A stretch of 63,183 bases of DNA, filler included, from Intoshia linei (taxonomy: Eukaryota > Animalia > Orthonectida), in assembly GCA_001642005.1 (NCBI GenBank). It is 5 parts of 5 records of this genome, joined end to end, with 100 filler letters (N's around TTAATTAATTAA, not from the genome) between each part and the next. Parts side by side here need not be neighbours in the genome. Positions count along the whole stretch, not along the records: positions 1 to 15,310 come from LWCA01000919.1; positions 15,411 to 24,416 come from LWCA01001401.1; positions 24,517 to 30,480 come from LWCA01001726.1; 2 more parts are not named here. One strand, 5' to 3'. Positions 13,474 to 26,873 of the stretch are shown piece by piece. Each line of letters starts with the position of its first letter. Position 1 is the stretch's first letter. Position numbers and translations under genes: made by a program. The notes beneath the pieces were generated by a model. It worked only from the letters and a program-made list of their open reading frames with translations. It did not search any database and was not told the origin of the DNA.

Positions 13474-15310
13474 TTAATTTTCTTCATTAATGGTGTCTTC
13501 AAGATTTTCTATTACTAAAAATGATTTTAAACTAAATAAAAAATATGGTTTACTAGTATATGAATTATTATCAATAAGTATCATGTGTTTATATCTAAAA
13601 AAATATAATACAAACTAAATATAATAATAATAATAAAAACAAACCGTTCATCAACATATTTATGTGCATCACAAGTACATTCTTCTTTAACCATGTGATA
13701 TTTCGTATTGACGGCTAAACTCACTTATAAAACTATTTTCAATATATCAATAATATTAAAATATACTTTCATACAAATCTTCCAATTTACAAAGAGCTTT
13801 ATATGTTTGATCATATTGTTCATAAGCGTGTTCTCTAATGATCTAAACTTGGATAAAAACATAATTATATAAAAATTACATAACAATCTTGCAACAGTTT
13901 CATAGAATAGTGAACTATAGAGTATAAACTATGGGTGGTGTTAATTTTTTCTTCTTCAAAATCAACCAAGCAATTTATTCGTTTTTTTATAAACTCCACA
14001 ACCCTAAAAAAAATAATATATATACAGGTCCAAATAAAAATTACATATTATGGAAAGACTCAATGATATCAGATAAATTAAATTGTTTTTTTATACTACT
14101 CACAATTTCAACAATTGGATTAGACTGAAAAGTAAATGCAGGTTTTATCGTTTCGGTTTGACAATAAATGTCCTGTAGTTTTACGCAAATGGTTTGAATG
14201 TGTTTATCTTTAATGTTCATAACGATATTATAGTTTGGAGGGAAAATATTACAATCTACTATTCTGTCCTTTTGCATAATTAAATCTAATGTAGATAGTG
14301 ATTTATTACAATTAATTGGAATATCGCGTGTATCCGTACATGCATCAATATTGTTTATTGATATACTAACACACTTATCAGAGATTTCCTTAATAAAATC
14401 ATATGACGTAGATTTATCAATGTTGCATACTAAATCACCGGTAGAAATAGTCTTGTTTAGAATACTACTTGGAATGTCATTTGTATCTGTTTCAGAATCT
14501 TTTGATGTTATCTGTGTAGTATTCATCCCTATTTCACATGTAACGGGTTGATATGGGATAATATGTTGATTTTTTGTTACTATAATATCCTTAGTGCTCA
14601 AAGCAATGTGATGAAAGTTTGTAGGAATATCTAATGTGTCAGTTTCACAATCATTTGTCAAAACATTGCAAGTGTTTATAGCAATTTCCATTACTTTAGG
14701 TGCAATATCACATGGATTGATTCCAACGTCTTTCTTGGAAATTAAATCTTCAGTACAAACAGAAGTATTGCACGCATTGGATGGTATATCTTGAGTATCG
14801 GTCATACAATGTTTAATTTCAATTATTACAGTATTGATACTAAGTTCACTTTTTTCTGGTATAAAACTTTCAGTTCCTTGGTCGTTTCGTGTAATGAGAT
14901 CGTCAGTGCTAGAAGAAACATGAAACTCATTAGATGGAATACCCTTTGTATCAGTTTCAAAGTTTTTCTTAAATCTTTCAGGTGTATTCATAGCTGCATT
15001 AATTTTTACAATAGGAATGTCATAAGGTTCAACTTCTTTATTTAATGTCATGACAAGATCATCAGTACATGAAGAAACGTTAAAGGCGTTAGATGGAACT
15101 CCTTTGGTATCTGTCTCACAATTCTTCTTAACAATTTCAAAGGTATTGATAGCTGCATCCAATGTTAAAGTTGGAATATCGTACGGTTCAATTTCTTTTT
15201 CTAATGTAATAACAAGATCACTCGTACAGGAAGAAACATGCAACTCGTTTGAAGGTATATCTTTGGTATCTGTCTCAAAATTCTTTTTAATAACTTCAAA
15301 GGTGTTACTA
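13474..15310 (-). CDS. Unknown protein with at least six ~51-53-aa tandem repeats; 5' end lost in gap
   Basis: The large exon 14045-15310 is open throughout and contains the repeat V(S)SCTxDL..K...PYDIP.....AINT......CETDTxDIPSN. Five short downstream exons splice in phase to ...IENLEDTINEEN* at 13474. Confidence 0.75.
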
Positions 15311-15410
15311 NNNNNNNNNNNNNNNNNNNNNNNNNNNNNNNNNNNNNNNNNNNNTTAATTAATTAANNNNNNNNNNNNNNNNNNNNNNNNNNNNNNNNNN
15401 NNNNNNNNNN
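15311..15410. other. Artificial 100-bp spacer (N44-TTAATTAATTAA-N44)
   Basis: Identical six-frame-stop linker also at 24417-24516, 30481-30580 and 61589-61688. Confidence 0.95.
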
Positions 15411-16206
15411 TTTATGTATATTAGCTAGAGGAAAATCGCATTCCTGCACAAAATCGATGCGTGTCACGAACATAAAAGAACTTGTTTTTAATGGGAATGA
15501 CTGTAAAAAGCTATTACAACACACACATTTATTGATTGATAAATTGCACTGTCCATATCCTGAATTTGTCACCGCATTAAATGATTTCAATGCTGTTGTG
15601 AATTCTTGTTTTGGCAAAAATTTGAAATAAAATTATAAACAAGCGATAAGTAATTTTAAAGAAAGTTTTTGCAAGCTTAACATAAGATTAACTCCAAAAC
15701 TTCACGCATTTTTTTCCATATCTCTGATTTTTGTGAGGAAAATAAATCAGCACTTGGTATATGGTCTGAACAAGCCTCACAATCTGTGCATGCAAATTTT
15801 AAAAACCTGGGCTAAGTATGCTGTAACAGAAGTTAATAAAGACCAGTATGGTCAACAATTGTTGAAAGCTATACAATATTATGCAAACAAGCACATTTGA
15901 AAATTCATTATTATTTTATTAAATTTCTATACATTCAAGTTTGTCATAAATTTTTCAAAATGTTGAACTATGATTTATTTTCAATATTTCAATGAAAATA
16001 ATTATATTCAGTATAAAATGTTAAAAAAAATGAAAATTTAAATAATTTTATGCATTGAAATTTACATTTCTTGCTTTTAAAAAAAAGCCAACTAAGAATT
16101 TTTTTAATTTTTTTTTAAAAATACTCCAGAAAGTGTACCGGTTAAAAAATTTTTAATTTGTAGACCTACAATTTTTTTCATTTAAAATTTATTCAGACAG
16201 GCTGTG
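15411..16206 (+). mobile_element. Transib/Chapaev-like DDE transposase 3' remnant with right terminus
   Basis: FNGNDCKKLL..FNAVVNSCFG..ISNFKESFCKL..LTPKLH...HISDFC....LGIWSEQASQSVH, with one stop and two frameshifts, ends at 15900. Element ends ...CAGACAGGCTGTG (reverse complement CACAGCC...). Confidence 0.65.
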
Positions 16207-16504
16207 ACACAGACTGACATTTAATTTTATATGAGTAAAGGATTAATTTTTTTCATTTTATAAAAAAATAGTAATTTGGAGTTTTTACCGTGTAAGAGTC
16301 AATATTTGAAGCTTAAATTGGTAATAATATCTGCACCGGAAAAAGAATTGAAGGCAAAGGAATTTTTTGAAATTTCTGGGACAGTCATTATTTATCAATA
16401 AATGGTTACACACTTTTTTAACTATAATTAATTTATATATGTACGAATTAATTGTAAATTTCAATATTTTCTTTTAAAAATATTCAAATAATAATGTCAT
16501 CTAG

Positions 16505-19500
16505 GAAAAATTAGAGAAGATTAAAAATCATTGGAATAATTATGATTGTTTATTGAACCAGACGTCAATTTTATTTGAAGATATATCCAAACTCGTTGAT
16601 GGAAAATGCTTGTCTGATGTCGAAGAAGAAATTATCATTGAATTAGAGGTTAATTTTTTTTATATGTAAAGTACATGTATATTAGGGTGTCCACTTTTCA
16701 TGTGTTTTTTTTTAGAAAACCCATTTTGCATGTGGATGTCTATTTTAAAAATTAAGTGCAATATCGGAAAAAGTTTAGTAATTAATCAAAAACGACAATA
16801 CAAAAAAATGATTTAAATTAGATAAAAATTTGCGGAGACGCTTGCAATTTTAAAGATTAAAAAATTTCAAAATCCCTAATGTATATGTTTATTTTAAATT
16901 AAAAATCGATAAATAGCCCGAAATACAAGAGATTATCCTTCTCATTTCTTTATTCATTTATCCATTTTTTTTAGTCTTCCAAAAATTTAATTAAGTTATC
17001 AGTTAAAAAAATCTTGTCTGTTTTGTTCTATTTACAAATCGTAAATCCCGCATGCGGGTAACATGAATCTACTGACGTTGTATATGTTTTAATTTTGTAA
17101 ATATAGACTGGAGTGGAGGAAATAAATGAAAACATTAATAATCTTGAATTTATTGAAGTACAAATTGAAGAATTAGGTTACAAATTTTTGAATATCGGTA
17201 AAATAAATTTAAAAGAAAAATTGCAAAAATTGCAAAATATTAAACTAGACCTTAAACAGAAATTATCTAAAAATGAAAAAGATAGACAAAATTTAATGGA
17301 AAAAGAAGAAGAATTACAAAATATGAATTTTGAATTAGCAAAAATCGAAAATTGCAATTTAAACGACCCTGAAACTTTAATTGAAATGAATTTAACCAAT
17401 TTAAATAAATTTAAGATAAAATTATTACAATTTTCCAAAAATTGGAAAATTTCCAATAAAAACTGTGAAAAATTATCATCATTATCCTCACAAATTAAAA
17501 AATCTGAAAGTAATGTAAATAAAATTATTGATGAAAAAATGAATTATACAAATACAATAAATGAAATGAAACAAAGAATAAATTTCCTCCTAAATGAGAT
17601 ATCTAAAAAAGAACAAGACTATCTCACTATATCTAAAAATGACGATTTTTCTTGCTTGGATACTGAAAGCAAATCCTCCTTTGTTCAGGTTTTATAAATA
17701 TTTATTTAGTTATTAAAATTAGTCATTATAATTTGATAATATATCTTTGAATGTATAATGAAGTGTATTGTCATAATTTGTATATATTTTATTAATATCA
17801 TTCTCGGCCGTCTTAATTAATTCAGAATTAACTATGAATAAATTTGTTAATTAAAATGTTAATGTTTCTTTTTTATTGTAAATTTGCATATTAAACGTAT
17901 TGAACCAACACTGAAATTGAAATTCATTAAAAGTAAATATTTAATCAAGCATGGACAAGATACTGTTTAATTAAGTCTATGTGATTGTATATGCAAAGAA
18001 GAATATTGTGTTGAATTGATTTGTCTCGAAAAATTTAAAAGTTTACTATTTTCCAAGAAAATGTTGCTATTATTAGACACACAAATATTGAGAAACATTA
18101 GATGAGCAAGTTAAGTGGAAAATGATCTGTTATACAATAATTTTAATTCAATTTAAAGTAATTTATAATCTGGACCAATATTCTAATTATTTCAATACAT
18201 GTAATGAAATGGAAATTGGATCACTCTAATATGTAATTATTACTTTTATATACAATTTTATTAATTTAACTGTTTTACGTTTATTTGGTATAATTAACAA
18301 TATACACTGTATTTAATTTTAAAAAGATTAGTTATTCTATATTAATTTTTCTTGGCCTTTTGTGGCCTATAGTTGTCGATTTATTTCTTTGATATATTAT
18401 ATTTTGTTAATGTTACAGTTATTGTATTTAGTACCATTTTTTCAGACACTTTATATTTATTAATGTATTGCATTTTCACAAATTTTTACTATTATAATCA
18501 TTAATTTTAAAATTATGTCACAGTTATGTCAAAGGAATGTAAGTTTTTATATTTTATGAATATTTATTTATTATACATTCACATTTTCAATATATTGCAT
18601 TAATTTAATTTTTAAAAACTGGTTATGAGGAAATTATTCAGAGAAAACTTAATAAAAATGGATAATGAGATAACCTTAAGACTCTTCTTAAGTTTCAGAT
18701 CAATAGAAGCTAAAAAAATGAAATGTTTACGTACTATGTAAAAAAGTAATTTCAATAATAAAATCTTACTTAAAAATTCTACTACATACTGTATTCATTA
18801 TTATCATCCTTTAATAGTAGTTTAACTTGTTTCACCGTGGAATCGTCATTTTACATTAACTTTTAATTTAAAGTAAATTATTCCCACTTAATTTTATATT
18901 GTTAAAATTTTTGTAAACAATTTTGTCATTTCATTTTTTAACTGAAAATAAGTGTATAATATTAAAAATAAAGTAAAAACAGTCCAATCCTAAAAATTGT
19001 CATAAATAGCATAAATTCCAGAAAAAACCAAAATTATAAAAACTTATTTTTTCATTTTCAATGTGATGATATATATTCAGTACCAATTTAATAAATACTT
19101 AAAAATACCAATTGTGTATCAATAATTAATATAATCTTCACTTTATAAACATATTTTAGTCGAATTTTACTTGTATCTTTTTATAATAAACTATTATAAA
19201 GAAGTAATAGTAAAAGTCGAAAAAATCTAAAAAATCGACATAAATGCAATAATTTTAAAAAAATAATTGTAAATTTTTTACACTATCGTCTATCATATTT
19301 ATCTTTTTCCACTTATCAATCCAAGCGAAGTTTATTTTATAATATTGAAAATATGGTATCTCATTTTTTTATAAAAATTGAGTCACTCAAAACCAATGTT
19401 TCCCAACCTTTTTTACTACATTACCCATATTATAGTACTTATTTTGATATTACCCACTATATTGGTTATCTACATTTTGGATGGTCAGGTTTTTAGAATA

Positions 19501-22500
19501 AGCCATATAAATTTTTTAATAGTAAACTTTACTTAAAATTAATTTAAGGTGTTTAAGTAGTAAATTAAAAGGGAAATTGTGTTTTTGACATAGAAGGACT
19601 CAATGGGAAAAATTATATTTCATACGTTCCTGTGCATGCGGCGCAAAAAAATAAAAAATAAAAAAATTCATTTTTTTTTAGAAAAAATTTCGCGATTACC
19701 CATGAAAAATATCAAATTACCCAATCGTGGGTAAATACCCACAGGTTGGGATTCCCAACTTGGGAATCACTGCTCAGGACCAAGGCTAAAATTTTAGCAG
19801 TGTTAACTGCTTTTTTTACCAAATAAATGTAGAATGTGAATTAAATTTAAATGCATTTCTATGAAAATATATATTTAGATAAAGACATCTTTGAAAAATC
19901 AATTACAAAACCATGTTAAAGTGAACACAATACAAAATGGAGACTCATTGTTTATGAAAAAAAATAGTAATATTCCCATTCCAATTAGATTACATAGATC
20001 AAAAAGTATTAATAACAATATAACAAACAAATTAAACCAGGAAAATTGCACAATGAAAAACAAAGTATGTGGAACTGTAGACACTTTAAAAAATAAATCA
20101 AATTCTTTCTGCAGAACAATTGATATTGCGAAACATTTAAAACATCATTATTATCATAGAGATTGTATGAAGGAATTTGATTCCAATGATTTAAATTTGA
20201 GAAAATCGAGTAAACAAAAACCAAAATCCTTGAAACCATTTAGCTTTGGTCTGCCTCAAACCAATGTCTATACACCTTCGTGGAAGAGCAATGCAAATAA
20301 ATCTTCCGTTACTGAAAGCATTTTTAGATCTAAATCTAAAACCAATTTCAAAAGCATTACCAAAAATACGTGCATTATTAAAAATGAAAAGTTAAATTTA
20401 CCTGCAAAAGATGTTGATAACGCAAAAAATATCCAATATACCCAAAACACTGATAATACTCGAGATATTCAATCTATTGAAAATATCAGGTCTCATGATT
20501 CAGAAATCTGTGACGTTTCAAATGAAAGCGTTAAAAATGAAAACTCGGTTGTATCAGTTAAATCGATACCTGTAACATATAAATCAATTTCTAATGAATC
20601 GAATTGGACAGTTAGTACTCCGAAAAATACAAATTCATATACTAAAGATTCACATTCAGTTTCATACCCTTTAGTCAAATCAGTTTCAACGGGGTATGAG
20701 CAAAAAAATTTTATGTCTAAAAATGAAAATTTATTTATCGATACTTATAATATTCAGTATAAACGTGAAAATAAAATTAAAGTACCAAATAATTGCACCG
20801 ATCAGCCTGGTAATTTGAATAAAAATTTTAGCCAGCTCAATGATTCGATTAAGACTATGGAATTCTTTTTAAAGGAAAAAGATTCAGAAAAATCAGATTC
20901 TTTTAATTATAATCAAATTTTTCTAGAATCTAAAAATTCACCAAATATTTCAAATTCTAGTGTATATGGCTATTCCCCAAAGCGGAATAATTTAAAAGAG
21001 CAATATTTTCATCAAGATAGTTATAATAATAAAAAATACATGTATGATAAAAATAATAAAATCAAACAGGTATTTAATAAAATCAAAAGTATGGAAAAAA
21101 CTAAAGATGGTAAATATGTGATAAAATGTAATATTAACCATAAAAACAAAAATAGTAATAATATCGACAATATTGAAAAAAGAAATAATGAACAAAAAGT
21201 TACATTTGATTCACATTCCGAAAAGTGTGAGTCAACTGAAAAAATTTATTATGTAAATGCTGATATCAGAGATTATTCCATAAACCCATATGAATGTAAA
21301 TCGATCGATACATTTGAACAAAATTCTGTTATTCCGGAAAAATCAAAATACCAAAACAATGTTCAAGATTTGTCAGACACAATATGTAAAATTGACAATA
21401 TTTTATCACAAAATCGAAAGAATGTAAACAATTTAAAAAAGATTGATTTAAACATCAATGCAAATGAGTTTGATTTACACAAAGCATATTCAATCAATAA
21501 AAGTGAAGAAAATAATCATCATGAACACATTCAAGAACCAAATAATTACAAAATTAACAACCGTGAATCTAAAATCAGTAAATCACCCAATCAATCAATT
21601 GATAAACGTACTGACAAATGTATGAAAATAACTAATCAGATGAAAAAATTTTTATTGGAAAAGAAAAAATATGAAACAATCAAAAATTCTTTATCTAGTA
21701 TCAATAATTATGAAAATAATTTGACGGAAAGTCTAAATGATGAGGTAGATAAGCACGCAGTTGATGACTCAAATGAAAGCAGTTTTGTAAATATTTTAAA
21801 AAAAATTTGTAAGCATTCGACTGATAATACTCAAAATACAAAGGAAGATTCCGAGGATGATGAAATATACTCTGACAGAAATCGAAGTAAGAACAACGAT
21901 TATACCAATATAAATTACTCCAATTATTCCAAATACTCCAAGAAAAATTACCAACCAAACAACAATATACATTTTGATAAATATCAACACATAAAAGCTA
22001 ATGATTCAACCCACAAACTCGATAATCAATATACTAAAAATGAAACTAAGAAATTGAAGTTGAATTCTAGTTCAATTATAAATAGAAAATTACCAGACCC
22101 TGAAAAAATTAATATTTCAAATGAAACTCATTGCACAAATAATAAGAATATTATAAATGTTAAATTTAAGTCCAACCAGAAATTACACTTAAACAAAGAA
22201 AATGAACCAAAATCTATTAATCAAAACATAGAAATCAATAAAAAGTACCAACAATATAAAGAAAATCAAATTAACCATGAAAATGACATACCACCTGAAA
22301 AAATAAGCAATGATATTAATACTTTTAATAAAAAAAATAAATATATAATTGATTTCGTCGAAACTTCACTCGAAAATACTAATTACAATGTACCAATTTT
22401 TGACAAAATTCAACCGAAACCACATCATTCTCATGAAAACAAAATGAATGCACCTAAAAAATACCAAAATTGTTGTAAATGTAATTGTCGGCAGTGTCAA

Positions 22501-23106
22501 AACAATTCAAAAATGAATTATCAAATCATCAATGATTTAAATTTAATAAAAACAGATTTAAACGAATTAAATCGAAATTTTAAATGCGTTGATATATTCG
22601 CACGAACATACCAAACTAGTTCCAACATCGATTCGATTAAAAATTTGGATAATTACAATGAAAATTCAAAATCTTATAAAATTCAACAATCTTTGAAAAT
22701 CAAAGATAAAAATTGTTCCAGTCAATTTAAATCAAATGTAAATTTAAATGATTCTAATAATTTAAGTAATTTAAAAAATTTACATGTGCATAAACCTACA
22801 ATCCATTGTAATAAAAAATTAAACGACGAATCAGTAAATAGTAAATTGATTTTAATGAACGATAAATGTAAAAAATGCGATTGTTGTAAAAATCGAAAAT
22901 TATATAAAAATGTAAAAATATTTTTAAAGGAATTTAATGGTAATATTGATAAATCTTGTATTGCCAAAATTTTTAAATGTCTTAATATCAATGATAATTA
23001 TAATTTGAATTATTTTGATCGAAAGGTTTTGAATGCCATTTTTGAAACTACAAAGATTAAGAAAAAGTGTTTAAACATTAAAAAACATTTAATGCACATT
23101 GTTTGA
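16505..23106 (+). CDS. Partial gene: coiled-coil (spectrin-like) exons joined to a ~3.2-kb Asn/Lys-rich low-complexity terminal exon
   Basis: Exons 16505-16648, 17108-17688 and 19879-23106 have AG/GT boundaries and are all phase 0. The last exon contains a 1071-codon open frame. Joining them is inferred from phase only. Confidence 0.6.
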
Positions 23107-23404
23107 TTGTAATAAACATTATATTTTGTATTATTTTTTTATTTTAATTTGAGATATTTAAAATAAATTTATTTGAGATAAATGATAATTGAGTAAGTTG
23201 GGAAAGGTTTTTCTTAGTGTTTGCATAAACTTTCAAATTCGGATTTTAAATATTCCAATACCTATGTTGCACATCAATACACCGACACTATGATGTTAAA
23301 TTTTACAACTTTTTTCAATTAAAAAAAGTATATTTCCGTATTTGGGGTTTTTGCTATGTTCAATACAATGGTACAAAAAAATTTTTAATTTCGTTTAAGA
23401 ATAA

Positions 23405-23894
23405 CCCTCGCGCATTTGTCATTTATCAACAATCTTTAAAAAATAAGATAAAGTTAATTTCAAATGACATTAGTAAGTTACCATAACTACTTTTTTTCCT
23501 GCAGAACATCTTTTTTAAATTATTACAATTTGAAAAACGGGTACTAGGTGGGTGTATTTTTGAATGCAGATCACAATGTAAAAAACAGACTTTCAATAAA
23601 GTCAGTAATAACATTGCATTGGACAATTAAGTAAATAATAAAATAGCCAAATTTAAGTTTATTTTCGTATTTTTCTTAATTTTTTTATACAAAAACATAA
23701 ATTCCTGCTTCTTTTATAAAGAAAAATTAGAAAAATTTGTATATTTTAATCAATCATGTTCAGCTGCATCTATGCCACTTTGTATAACACTAATATATGT
23801 CATATAATACTAGACATTTTACTCAAATTGGAACTTTATTTTGGGTAACTCTTTTTTCATATATTTCTTAACTTTGTATGGTTTTGCGCGAGGG
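23405..23894. mobile_element. Small TIR element with piggyBac-like CCC ends
   Basis: TAACCCTCGCGCA ... TGCGCGAGGGTTA inverted termini. Confidence 0.5.
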
Positions 23895-24416
23895 TTATGT
23901 TAACAATTGAAGTCTGAGATTTTACATAATTGTAGAGCAGTACTTTACAACCTATTTTGGTTGGCGACACACATTTCAATCTGAAAATTTTTGCGACACA
24001 CCAATCTAAAAATATACTATTGATCCGTTGAAACTAAATTTTTTCTAATAATAATCTCAAATAAATATAAAATTATTGTTCCACTATAGATTAAAAATAA
24101 TTATATATGTAATGTTATTAAAAAAATGTATAAATTGAAAAAAGTCTGAATAAAAGTGAACAAATACAAAAATAATGAGATCATTTTAAATACATGTACA
24201 TTAGGGTGCCACAAACATCTGAATTTTAATTGCGCGTAGTGAAAATTCGTTGCTCTTAAGCAATATATTCACTATGTCGTTTTTAAAATTAACTAAAATG
24301 ACCTGCTTGATCCGCAGGCTTTAATCAGAATTTTATAAAAATTCTGAACAAAATTTGGAACTAATAAACATCAGTTCAAACTATTTTACATGGTTACCAC
24401 CTCTCATGGTTACTTA

Positions 24417-24516
24417 NNNNNNNNNNNNNNNNNNNNNNNNNNNNNNNNNNNNNNNNNNNNTTAATTAATTAANNNNNNNNNNNNNNNNNNNNNNNNNNNN
24501 NNNNNNNNNNNNNNNN
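24417..24516. other. Artificial 100-bp spacer
   Basis: N44-TTAATTAATTAA-N44. Confidence 0.95.
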
Positions 24517-25758
24517 TAAAATATCTACATGTTTTTTATATAATATATAAATTAATATATATAAATATAAAAACATTATATAATAATATATATTATGTTG
24601 AGTATAACTTTTACACATTTAGAGGATAAACGTATTTTTTATTAATGATTTTGATCAATGACTATATAGCTTGTCTGCAAGTCATATTTTTAGTCCGTCA
24701 AACAGTGATAAAATTGGAAGAGTGAAGTTTCCATAATACATATACTTCTCAAAATAAGTCAAATTTAAGAAAAAATATTTAAATTGAATGTCTGTGTCTA
24801 TGTATTACCGTTTGTTTAAAAAAGCGACAGTCGTAGAATTTAAAAAAACACAATTTCAACTACCAGTTTTTCAGGACATATTCATATTTATTTTTCACTT
24901 TCAGATATTGAGTCCTTTAGCGTCAAAAACCCAATTTTCCGTTTTGTTTAAAAATAAAATCAGCCCAAAAAACTTAAAATTGTTAATAAAACATACATTC
25001 TGGGATGCGTTTTAAAAGTATTAACATTGTAATAAAACTCAGTCTTATAAACATACCTTTATATATTATATATAAAAATTTATAAAACATTAACTCTGGT
25101 ATATTTTTTGAAATCATAAGCATTATCATAAATGGAAACTTCAAAGAAGATCATTTTCACGGTCAAAACCTCACATTACCATTTATAAAAACAGCACTAG
25201 AATTTTTAAAAAAATTACAGATAATACAGTTATATCCTGTAAACACATACAAAAAATTTTACTAAGAAAGTAAATTGAAGTTTTGAAAGTTTTTTTGAAT
25301 AATAATATTTTAAATTATATTTTGGAGCATCAGTAAAATATACTTTTTTAATTTAAACATTTAATAATAAATTAATACACATTATGTGTAACATATACTT
25401 TAAAAAAGGTTTACAGCGCTTGATATAAAACGTCATCGTTTTATTTAGTTTAAATCTGGATAAATTTTGATATTCCATATTCAATTTACTTAAAAAAATC
25501 TTTTTCGACAAAGCTAAATACTGATTGTATGCATTACGAAACAGACTAGCTATTGTCGTAATAAATTTAATAAACATAAATAATTTACATTTACATTTTA
25601 TTTTTTTATTCCATAGTGTCCGTAAAATTTATATATAATGGTGTATCATTAATACCAGGGCCGTGGACGGGCTAGGGTCACATCACTGGGTCTGCCATTT
25701 TTAACTAATTTCTTAATTGTGTCAAAGTTATCTTAATTGGACATTAAGGTGTCGCATG

Positions 25759-26027
25759 CAGGGATTGAAATTAATTGGTAAAAACTATTTACAAATAATC
25801 AATTAATTGTTTTTTCAAAAATTATTTTTTAATTAATTGCTTTATAAAAAATATAAAATTTCAATTAATTGAAGATTAATAACAATATCATAATAATTTT
25901 TAAAAAACTGTCATGAAAAAAACCAATTAATTGAAAATTATATTTTTATTTTTTAATTAATTGCAAAAAAATCAATTAATTGGTTTATACAAAATAATTG
26001 ATTGCAATCAATTATTTCCAATCCCTA
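25759..26027. mobile_element. hAT MITE with internal AATTAATTG repeats
   Basis: CAGGGATTGAAA ... TTCCAATCCCTA termini. TSD GTCGCATG/CTCGCATG (7/8 match). Confidence 0.8.
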
Positions 26028-26873
26028 CTCGCATGTATTCAATAATACTGTGCATCTAGAGCAGAGATTCTCAACGGTGGACAAATTGATCCCTTGGGCG
26101 ATTTTTCTATAAAAAAATACATACATAAATTATTATGTATTTCACAAAATACAAAAAAAATTTTATTAATTAATGTTTAATTATAATTATATTATTATAG
26201 CATTCTAAAAAGTTTAACAGATCTTTAGTTAGAAATTTCATTTTTCACTAAGATTATTTAAAAATTTCATATTTGTCGGAAAATATTAGTACTTTTCAAT
26301 TTGTATGCTACATTTCCTAATTTGTGACAAAATTATAAATTTGAATTTACATTTGTAGATTGTACACTAAATAATAATCAATTTATAGTTAAAATGAATT
26401 CTGGATAAAATACGTTGATAATAATAAATAAATGTAGAAATTCACATCTTAATTCCAGTTTTGCGACACGACAATAATTACTCCTAATTAAGCAACTTTT
26501 ACGCAATTCTACAAGGCAAAACTTATAATGAAAATTGTAAAATGATAAAAAATCATAATTAATTTTACTAGAATATCATTTATGCATAGAAATACTGGTT
26601 GTAAATGAAATCATTTAGTCAGCTTTCATAACTAATATTTAGTCTCATTTCTTTAATCGTAAAATATTGTCTAGACCCGTTTTTTTAAACTATACAAAAA
26701 TAAAATCATAATATAAAATAAAGCAATTTCACCATCAAAAACCGACATCTTTATGGTGATAAACCCAATTTTTTTTGATAAAAATAAAAATGTAAGTTTT
26801 GTATTTTATTCAATACATGTAAATAATGTTAAAACAGTAAACTAAAACATGATTAAAAGTTTTAATATAAATA

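Noticed and set aside
15355-15366. TTAATTAATTAA palindrome recurring four times
   Set aside because: Synthetic linker inside N runs.
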